This document shows, piece by piece, positions 55,924 through 62,276 of a stretch of 62,276 bases of DNA. The translations under genes and the position numbers were made by a program. The notes below the pieces were generated by a model that searched no databases, was not told the origin of the DNA, and was given only the letters and a program-made list of their open reading frames with translations. Position 1 is the first letter of the stretch, and every line of letters begins with the position of its first letter. The DNA comes from Actinomycetes bacterium (lineage in GTDB: Bacteria; Actinomycetota; Acidimicrobiia; IMCC26256; PALSA-610), in contig JANNHK010000018.1 in NCBI GenBank assembly GCA_031404355.1, positions 1 through 62,276 of the forward strand, read 5' to 3'.

Positions 55924-55941
55924 TTGAGAATCTGCTCACAA
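55924..55941 (+). promoter_or_regulatory. Candidate Rex operator (ROP) upstream of rex
   Basis: TTGAGAA-TCTG-CTCACAA against consensus TTGTGAA-N4-TTCACAA (6/7 plus 6/7). It lies 19 nt upstream of the rex GTG. Confidence 0.45.
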
Positions 55942-55959
55942 GGTCGGTACCGTGGAGGA

Positions 55960-56625
55960 GTGACAGCTACCCCGGGCCGCAGGATCCCCGAGGCGACAGT
56001 GGCCCGGCTCCCGCTCTACTACCGGGCGTTGCTCGAGGCCGCCGAGCACCAGGTGGCGACGATCTCCTCCGAGCGACTCGCCGAGCTCGCGGGCGTGAAC
56101 GCGGCCAAGGTGCGCAAGGATCTCTCGTACCTGGGCTCCTACGGCACGCGCGGCGTCGGATACGACGTCGAGTACCTGCTGCACGAGATCTCACGCGAAC
56201 TCGGTCTCACCCGCGACTGGCCGGTCGCGATTGTCGGCATCGGAAACCTGGGCCGCGCCTTGGCGAACTACCGCGGCTTCGGCGCCCGTGGGTTCCGGGT
56301 CGTCGCCCTCATCGACCAGGACCCCGCGCTCGTGGGCCAGGAAGTCGCCGACCTCGCAGTCGAGTCGACCGACGACCTCGACCGCATCGTGGCTGATCGC
56401 GGCATCGCGATCGCGATTCTCGCCACGCCCGCGGGCGCGGCGCAGGAAGTCGCCGACCGCCTCGTCGCCGCCGGTGTGCGTTCGATCCTCAACTTCGCGC
56501 CGGCGGTATTGGCGGTGCCGGAGGGCGTTTCGATGCGTAAGGTCGACCTCGCGATCGAGCTCCAGATCCTCTCCTTCTACCAACTGCGCAAGGGCGGGCT
56601 CCCCGCCGGCGTGCTCCCCGGGTAG
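55960..56625 (+). CDS. rex: Redox-sensing transcriptional repressor Rex
   Basis: GTG at 55960 after GGAGGAG. 'IPEATVARLPLYYRAL', 'ISSERLAELAGVNAAKVRKDLSYLGSYGTRGVGY', 'IVGIGNLGRALANY'. Confidence 0.9.
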   Translation: MTATPGRRIPEATVARLPLYYRALLEAAEHQVATISSERLAELAGVNAAKVRKDLSYLGSYGTRGVGYDVEYLLHEISRELGLTRDWPVAIVGIGNLGRALANYRGFGARGFRVVALIDQDPALVGQEVADLAVESTDDLDRIVADRGIAIAILATPAGAAQEVADRLVAAGVRSILNFAPAVLAVPEGVSMRKVDLAIELQILSFYQLRKGGLPAGVLPG

Positions 56626-56699
56626 TCCAGGCGCAGACCGGAGGCTCGGACAGTGCCAACTCCTCGCACGGGCGATCGAGAGCCGGAGGTCGTAGCCGC

Positions 56700-57338
56700 A
56701 TGAACATGGCCCGGACTGCCCTCACGGGCTACCCCGTGAACCTGCTGGTCCGGGGGCGACGGGTGGTCGTAGTCGGCGCCGGGCGCATCGCCGCCCGCAA
56801 GATCGAGCCGCTCCTCGATCTCGGGGCCGAGGTCGTTGTGGTGGCGCCCGAAGCGAGCGCCGAGGTCATGGCGTGGGCCGACCAGGGTCGCCTCATCCTG
56901 GCGAACCGCCGCTTCGCACCGGCCGACCTCGACGGTGCCTGGCTGGCGGTCACCGCTACCGCCGACCCCGCCGTCAGCGCCGCGGTGTTCGCCGCGGGCG
57001 AGGAGCGCCGCATCTTCACGAACAGTGCGGACGACCCCACCAACTGTTCGTTTACCCTGATGTCGGTGATTCGGCGCGCGGAGTTGGTCGTCGCGATCGG
57101 CACCGGAGGCCGCAGTCCGGCGTTGGCCGCCCACCTGCGGGCGGTGATCGGCAAGGAGTTGGGTCCTGAGTACGAGACGCTGCTCGAACTGCTCTCGGAA
57201 GCCCGGGAAGCGATGCGGTCGACGGGGCGTTCCACCGAGGACGCGGATTGGCACGCGGCGTTCGAGTCGGGCATCGTGGAACTCGTTCGCGCCGGCCAGA
57301 TCGACGAGGCGAAGGAGCTGTTGAAGACATGTCTCTGA
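56700..57338 (+). CDS. Precorrin-2 dehydrogenase / sirohydrochlorin ferrochelatase (siroheme synthase N-terminal domain family)
   Basis: 'VVVVGAGRIAARKIEPLLDLGAEVVVVAP', 'IGTGGRSPALAAHLR'. Confidence 0.8.
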   Translation: MNMARTALTGYPVNLLVRGRRVVVVGAGRIAARKIEPLLDLGAEVVVVAPEASAEVMAWADQGRLILANRRFAPADLDGAWLAVTATADPAVSAAVFAAGEERRIFTNSADDPTNCSFTLMSVIRRAELVVAIGTGGRSPALAAHLRAVIGKELGPEYETLLELLSEAREAMRSTGRSTEDADWHAAFESGIVELVRAGQIDEAKELLKTCL

Positions 57339-58600
57339 TCGTCGTCGGTCTCAATCACCGGACGGTCCCCGTCGAGGTGCTCGAACGGATGACCGTTCCG
57401 CAGCATGCCGTCGCGAAAGTTCTCCACGACCTCGCCGCGCAGGAGCACCTGATCGAAGTCGTCGTGCTCTCCACGTGCAACCGCACCGAGATCTACGCGC
57501 AGTGCACGCGGTTCCACCCCGCTGTCGGCGACGTGCGCGATTTCCTCGCCGCGCACTCGGGCGCGCACCCCGAAGACTTCATCGACCACCTGTACGCATA
57601 TTTCGACGACGCCGCGATTTCGCACCTCTTCTCGGTTGCCGCGGGCCTCGACTCGATGATCGTCGGCGAGAGCGAGATCCTCGGGCAGGTACGCGACGCG
57701 TGGGAAGCCTCGGTCGCCGAGGGAACCAGCGGCCAGGCGTTGTCGCAGTTGTTCAAGCACGCGATCGAGTCGGGCAAGCGCGTGCGCAGCGAAACCGCGA
57801 TCGGCCACCACGCGGTGTCGATTCCGTCGGCCGCCGTATCCGTGGCCGCGGAGCACCTCGGCACGTTCGACGGCGCGAAGGTATTGGTCGTGGGCGCGGG
57901 CTCGATGGGCCGGGGTCTCGCGGCGCCGCTCAAGTCGCGCGGGGTGGAACACGTATGGATCGCGAACCGGTCGGCGGGCCCGGCGATCGAACTCGCGGCG
58001 CGGGTCGGGGGCGAGGCCATCGCGCTTACCGAGATCCCTGACGCCCTGGTCGACGCCGACGTCTTGCTCACCTCCACCGCGTCGAGCGGAGTGCTCCTCG
58101 AACGCTCGACGGTCGAGATGGTGATGGCCTGTCGCGACGGGCGCCCGTTGCTCGTCATCGACGTTGCCTTGCCGCGCGACGTCGATCCGGGCGTGCGTGA
58201 AGTCAACAACGTCACGCTGCTCGACCTCGACGATCTGAAGGACTACGCGCAGCGGTCCGCCGAACGGCGCCGAGGCGAGATCGGCAAGGTCCGCAAGATC
58301 CTCGCGGCCGAGATCGATCGCTACCGCGGCGTACGGGCCGCGCGTGGCGTCGCACCGCTCGTCAGCGCGTTGCGCGAGCGCGGCGACCTCGTGCGGGCAG
58401 CCGAGTTGGAGCGCTTCCGATCCAAGCTCGCCGGGCTCGACCCCGAAACCCGAGCGGCGGTCGAGGCATTGACGCAAGGCATCGTGAACAAGCTGTTGCA
58501 CGAGCCGACGGTGAAGGTGAAGGACGCGGCGGGTACGCAGCGCGGCGACTTCTACGCCGAGGCGCTCGCCGCGTTGTTCGATCTGCCTGCCGAGCAGTGA
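57329..58600 (+). CDS. hemA: Glutamyl-tRNA reductase
   Basis: ATG at 57329. 'VVGLNHRTVPVEVLERM', 'VLSTCNRTEIY', 'MIVGESEILGQV', 'VVGAGSMG'. Confidence 0.9.
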   Translation: MSLIVVGLNHRTVPVEVLERMTVPQHAVAKVLHDLAAQEHLIEVVVLSTCNRTEIYAQCTRFHPAVGDVRDFLAAHSGAHPEDFIDHLYAYFDDAAISHLFSVAAGLDSMIVGESEILGQVRDAWEASVAEGTSGQALSQLFKHAIESGKRVRSETAIGHHAVSIPSAAVSVAAEHLGTFDGAKVLVVGAGSMGRGLAAPLKSRGVEHVWIANRSAGPAIELAARVGGEAIALTEIPDALVDADVLLTSTASSGVLLERSTVEMVMACRDGRPLLVIDVALPRDVDPGVREVNNVTLLDLDDLKDYAQRSAERRRGEIGKVRKILAAEIDRYRGVRAARGVAPLVSALRERGDLVRAAELERFRSKLAGLDPETRAAVEALTQGIVNKLLHEPTVKVKDAAGTQRGDFYAEALAALFDLPAEQ

Positions 58601-59460
58601 AGCTCCGGGTCGCCACGCGCGCGAGCCGGCTCGCGCGCTGGCAGGCGGAGCGCGTCGGCGCGTTGTTGGGCGGCGACGTCGAGTACGTCGAGATCACGAC
58701 GACCGGCGACATCCGCCAGGACGTCGACCTGCATGTCATCGGCGGTACGGGCGTGTTCGTCAAAGAGGTGCAGCAGGCGGTGCTCGACGGCCGGGCCGAC
58801 ATCGCGGTGCACTCGGCCAAGGACCTGCCCGCGCTGACGCCCGACGGGCTCCTGCTCGCGGCCATTCCCGAACGGGCCGACCCGCGCGACGCGCTCGTCG
58901 GCGCGCCCCTCGACCAGATCCCCGCCGGTGGCCGCATCGGCACCAGTTCGGTCCGGCGCCGGGCCCAGATCGCGAACCTGCGCCCCGACCTGGTATTCGG
59001 GTTGCTGCGCGGCAACATCGAGACCCGCCTGCGCAAGCAGGCCGACGAGGGCTTCAACGCGGTCGTCGTGGCCCTGGCCGCACTCGAACGCCTGGAACTG
59101 ACCGATCACGTGGCCGAGGTGCTGGCGCCGTCAATCGTGTTGCCGCAAGTCGCGCAAGGCGCGCTGGCGGTCGAGTGCCGGGCCGGCGAGCGGTCGGTCG
59201 AGCACCGACTCGCGGCGATCGACAACGCGGCCGCGCACCGCGCAGTCGCCGCCGAGCGCGCGTTCCTCGCGGAGTTGGGCGGCGGGTGCGACCTCCCGTG
59301 CGGTGCGCTCGCGACCCTCGACGGCTCCGACGTGATCCTCGACGCGCTGCTGGCCACGCTCGACGGCCATGTCGTCATCCGCACCCGTGTCGTCGGCGAC
59401 GAGCCCGCCGACGTCGGCCGCACCGCCGCGGCCGACCTTCTCGCCAAGGAACTGGCGTGA
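58597..59460 (+). CDS. hemC: Hydroxymethylbilane synthase (porphobilinogen deaminase)
   Basis: GTGA overlap with the hemA stop. 'LRVATRASRLARWQAE', 'TTGDIRQD', 'AVHSAKDLP', 'GTSSVRRRAQ'. Confidence 0.9.
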   Translation: MKLRVATRASRLARWQAERVGALLGGDVEYVEITTTGDIRQDVDLHVIGGTGVFVKEVQQAVLDGRADIAVHSAKDLPALTPDGLLLAAIPERADPRDALVGAPLDQIPAGGRIGTSSVRRRAQIANLRPDLVFGLLRGNIETRLRKQADEGFNAVVVALAALERLELTDHVAEVLAPSIVLPQVAQGALAVECRAGERSVEHRLAAIDNAAAHRAVAAERAFLAELGGGCDLPCGALATLDGSDVILDALLATLDGHVVIRTRVVGDEPADVGRTAAADLLAKELA

Positions 59461-60905
59461 CCATTTACTTGGTCGGTGCCGGACCGGGTGACCCCGGCTT
59501 GCTCACCCGGCGCGGTGAGGAACTGCTGCGACGGGCCGACGTCGTGGTGTACGACCGGCTTGCGTCATCCGTTCTGCTCGACCTCGCGCCCGCGAGCGCG
59601 GAGCGCATCGACGTCGGCAAGGCGCCGGGTCGCGTCGCGATGAACCAGGACGAGATCAACGCCGTGCTCGTCGCGCGCGGTGGCGAAGGCAAGGAAGTCG
59701 TCCGGTTGAAGGGCGGCGACCCGTTCGTGTTCGGGCGGGGCGGCGAGGAAGCCGAGGCGTGCATCGCCGCCGGACTCCCGTTCGAGGTCGTACCCGGCAT
59801 CACGAGCGCGATAGCCGCCGCCGCGTACGCAGGCATCCCCGTGACCCACCGCGGCGTTTCCACGTCGTTCACGGTCGTCACCGGGCACGAGGACCCGGCC
59901 AAGGGCACGATCGACACCGACTGGGCCGCGCTGGCGAAAGCGGGCGGCACCCTCGTGATCCTCATGGGCGCCGGGCACATCGCCGACATCGCGGCCGCGC
60001 TCGTAGCGGGTGGGCGCGCCGCCGACACGCCGGTCGCGGCTGTGCGCTGGGGTACGCGCCCCGAGCAGCGCACGATCCGCACGACGCTCGCGAAGGTGGC
60101 CGACGCGGGTGTCGAGTCCCCGTCGGCGATCGTCGTCGGCGATGTCGCGGCGCTCGACTTCGCGTGGTTCGAGCAGCGCCCGCTCTTCGGCCGGCGGGTG
60201 GTCGTCACCCGCGCGCGCGAGCAGGCGAGCGAACTGCGTACCCAACTCGAGGCGCTGGGCGCCGAGGTCGTGGAACTCCCGGCGATCGTCCTCGAGCCGC
60301 TCGAGTTCGAGATCCCCGATCTCGTTGCGTACGAGTGGATCGTGTTCACCTCGGCCAACGGCGTGACCGCGTTCTTCGGCGCGCTCGACCGCGACGGTCG
60401 CGACGCGCGTGCGCTGCACCCGGTGCACATCGCCGCGATCGGGCCTGGTACCGCCGACGTGCTGGCGGAACGCGGTGTGCGCGCCGACCTGCTGCCCGAA
60501 CGGTTCGTCGCCGAGTCGCTGCTCGACGCGTTCCCTGCGCCCTCTCGCGCCCGTGCCCGCGTCCTGCTCCCGCGCGCCGAAGTCGCGCGTGACGTTCTTC
60601 CCGAGGGCCTGCGAGCCGCGGGCTACGAGGTCGACGTACTCGCGGTGTACCGCACGGTCACCGCGGTCCCCGACGCCGACGAGTTGGAACGGGCCCGCAC
60701 CGCCGACGCCGTCACCTTCACGTCGTCGTCGACGGTCACGAACTTCTGCGACCTCGCCGGTGCTCTGGACCCGCAACCGCTCGTGGTGTCGATCGGACCG
60801 GTCACGAGCACCACGGCCCGCGAGCGGGGCCTGCGCGTCGACGCCGAAGCCGACCCCCACACGATCGCCGGCCTGGTCGCCGCCGTCCTCGTCTCGCTCG
60901 CGTAG
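59457..60905 (+). CDS. Bifunctional uroporphyrinogen-III C-methyltransferase / uroporphyrinogen-III synthase
   Basis: GTGA overlap with the hemC stop. 'IYLVGAGPGDPGLLT', 'RLKGGDPFVFGRGGEE', followed by a HemD-like C-terminal half. Confidence 0.85.
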   Translation: MTIYLVGAGPGDPGLLTRRGEELLRRADVVVYDRLASSVLLDLAPASAERIDVGKAPGRVAMNQDEINAVLVARGGEGKEVVRLKGGDPFVFGRGGEEAEACIAAGLPFEVVPGITSAIAAAAYAGIPVTHRGVSTSFTVVTGHEDPAKGTIDTDWAALAKAGGTLVILMGAGHIADIAAALVAGGRAADTPVAAVRWGTRPEQRTIRTTLAKVADAGVESPSAIVVGDVAALDFAWFEQRPLFGRRVVVTRAREQASELRTQLEALGAEVVELPAIVLEPLEFEIPDLVAYEWIVFTSANGVTAFFGALDRDGRDARALHPVHIAAIGPGTADVLAERGVRADLLPERFVAESLLDAFPAPSRARARVLLPRAEVARDVLPEGLRAAGYEVDVLAVYRTVTAVPDADELERARTADAVTFTSSSTVTNFCDLAGALDPQPLVVSIGPVTSTTARERGLRVDAEADPHTIAGLVAAVLVSLA

Positions 60906-60999
60906 CCCGGCTCCTGGGTCACCCTCGTGGCTGTCCTATAGATCAGATCCTGTGCACATAAGATTTGTACCGAGCGCAAAATGATTCTATCATTGAGAC

Positions 61000-62205
61000 A
61001 TGCCGATCTTCGAGACCCCCGAGCTGGCGCAGGAGGAGTTGGACGCGATCGCGCTGATCGAAGAGCGGCGCAAAGCGCTCAGATTCCGGGTCCATGATCC
61101 GCGCCGTTGGTACGGCGGCCTGCGCCGGCTCGTGTTCGCGAAGGCGGTTCAGGGCTCCAACTCGATCGAGGGCTACGACGCTTCGCTCGATGACGTGCTC
61201 GCGGCAATGGACGACGAGGAACCGCTCAACGCAGAGGCGGAAACGGTCCTCGCGCTCCAGGGCTATCGCGACGCGATGACATACGTCCTCCAGCTCGCCG
61301 ACGAGGACGTGCTCGATATCAACGAGCAACTCATCAAGTCCTTGCACTTCATGATGATGAAGTACGACCTCTCGAAGCGACCGGGGCGATATCGGCTTGG
61401 GCCGGGTTTCGTCGTGCGCGAGAGCGACGGGGTAACGGTGTATGAGGGGCCGCCGGCAGACGTCGCCGCCGAAGCAATGGACGACCTGCTCACTTCCATT
61501 CACGAGAGTGACCGCCCAGTTCTCGTGCGCGCCGCGATGTCACATCTCAACCTCGTGATGATCCATCCCTTCAAGGATGGCAATGGCCGAATGGGCCGAT
61601 GCATGCAGTCGCTCGTTCTGAGCCGCGAAAAGATTGTCAGCCCCGTGTTTTCCTCCATCGAGGAGTACCTGGGCCGCAACACGCACGCTTACTACGACGT
61701 TCTCGAAGCTATTGCCGAGGGCGAATGGCATCCGGAACGCAATGCTCGACCTTGGGTTCGGTTCTGTCTGAATGCGCACTACCAATGCGCGGAGACGATG
61801 TTGTGGCGTGTGCAAGAGGCCGAAGAACTCTGGGATGTATGCACGAATCTCGTGGTGGCCCGCGGACTTCCGGAGCGCGCGATCGGCCCACTGAGCGATG
61901 CCGCACGTGGCCGTCGCATGAGAAACGCGTCGTACCGCATCGCCGTCGAAGAGTCCTTCGGTCTCGAGATCGAGGTTCCCACCGCTAGCCGCGATCTCCG
62001 TGCTTGTGTCGCCGCGGGTCTGTTGGAGGCGCAGGGAGAAACGCGGGGTCGCGTGTATGTGCGCTCGCCCGAGTTGCAACGAGCGTTCGGCGAGGTCAGA
62101 TCGATGAAGCCAAAGTTTGAAACAGCGAATCTCTTCGGTCTTGAAGGTCAACAGAAGTCGGATCTGGCGGCCGACTTCTTGCGGCCCGGTACGATCACGA
62201 CGTGA
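61000..62205 (+). CDS. Fic-family protein (class II, N-terminal inhibitory motif)
   Basis: Fic motif 'HPFKDGNGRMGR'. Fic_N/inhibitory motif 'SNSIEG' ((S/T)xxxE(G/N)). It is preceded by a conspicuously AT-rich 94-bp spacer. Confidence 0.85.
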   Translation: MPIFETPELAQEELDAIALIEERRKALRFRVHDPRRWYGGLRRLVFAKAVQGSNSIEGYDASLDDVLAAMDDEEPLNAEAETVLALQGYRDAMTYVLQLADEDVLDINEQLIKSLHFMMMKYDLSKRPGRYRLGPGFVVRESDGVTVYEGPPADVAAEAMDDLLTSIHESDRPVLVRAAMSHLNLVMIHPFKDGNGRMGRCMQSLVLSREKIVSPVFSSIEEYLGRNTHAYYDVLEAIAEGEWHPERNARPWVRFCLNAHYQCAETMLWRVQEAEELWDVCTNLVVARGLPERAIGPLSDAARGRRMRNASYRIAVEESFGLEIEVPTASRDLRACVAAGLLEAQGETRGRVYVRSPELQRAFGEVRSMKPKFETANLFGLEGQQKSDLAADFLRPGTITT

Positions 62206-62276
62206 CGTTTCCCGATCGTCGGCTGCGCCGCTTGCGCCGAACTCCCGCGCTGCGGCGGCTGGTCGCCGAGCACCGG
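62202..62276 (+). CDS. hemB: Porphobilinogen synthase (delta-aminolevulinate dehydratase), 5' fragment running off the window
   Basis: GTGA overlap with the Fic stop. 'VTFPDRRLRRLRRTPALRRLVAEHR' matches the HemB N-terminus, and the position after hemD fits. Confidence 0.7.
   Translation, partial: MTFPDRRLRRLRRTPALRRLVAEHR

Noticed and set aside
54412-56625. 737-aa ORF suggesting an acyl-CoA synthetase-Rex fusion protein.
   Set aside because: The middle section (about 55630-55960) is Arg/Gly-rich nonsense produced by a frame slip. The synthetase C-terminus is in another frame ending at 55900. rex has its own GGAGGAG SD and a GTG at 55960.
1-62276. Search by eye for CRISPR arrays, tRNA/rRNA genes, IS elements, integrases, prophage or toxin-antitoxin/defence modules.
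   Set aside because: None was found. The only mobile-looking signals are the MIRU-like repeats and the compositionally deviant Fic insertion. A tRNAscan/Infernal/ISfinder run would be needed for certainty.

Overview
Very GC-rich, gene-dense window (third codon positions almost all G/C, many shadow ORFs). It is most consistent with a flagellated member of the Actinomycetota. MshA, a luciferase-like (possibly F420-dependent) oxidoreductase, and the gene order XRE-mshA-ybjN ... proC-excisionase-like HTH ... rex-hemA-hemC-cobA/hemD-hemB follow conserved actinobacterial synteny. 1-31.5 kb is an accessory late-flagellar and flagellin-glycosylation region. It has a pseudaminic-acid-type sugar island: PseF/PseH-like fusion, N-acetyl sugar amidotransferase plus HisH/HisF paralogs, two methyltransferases, pseC and pseB. 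The island is split by a roughly 10 kb gene for a giant sortase-anchored S8 protease/adhesin. Next come a TPR-glycosyltransferase, an unknown ORF, fliS, fliD, two tandem flagellin genes and a FliA/WhiG sigma factor. Transcribed divergently are an atypical LuxR regulator, flgN, flgK, flgL, fliW and csrA. 31.5-62.3 kb is mostly housekeeping: ald, SDRs, a Zn/Mn ABC transporter, map, trHbO, a Fur-family regulator, an M23 peptidase, mshA, proC and the rex-hem operon. Several items there deserve a second look: an RsiG-like (c-di-GMP-dependent anti-sigma) candidate, a MIRU-like 69-72 bp intercistronic repeat family, a SET-domain protein, and a Fic gene wedged into the hem operon. Three genes (sugar O-methyltransferase, the giant protease, an acyl-CoA synthetase) show apparent 1-nt frameshifts, each inside a short simple-sequence tract. 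These could be assembly errors or real, and raw reads are needed to decide. I saw no rRNA, tRNA, CRISPR array, transposase or integrase. All functional calls come from reading motifs by eye; no database search was run.
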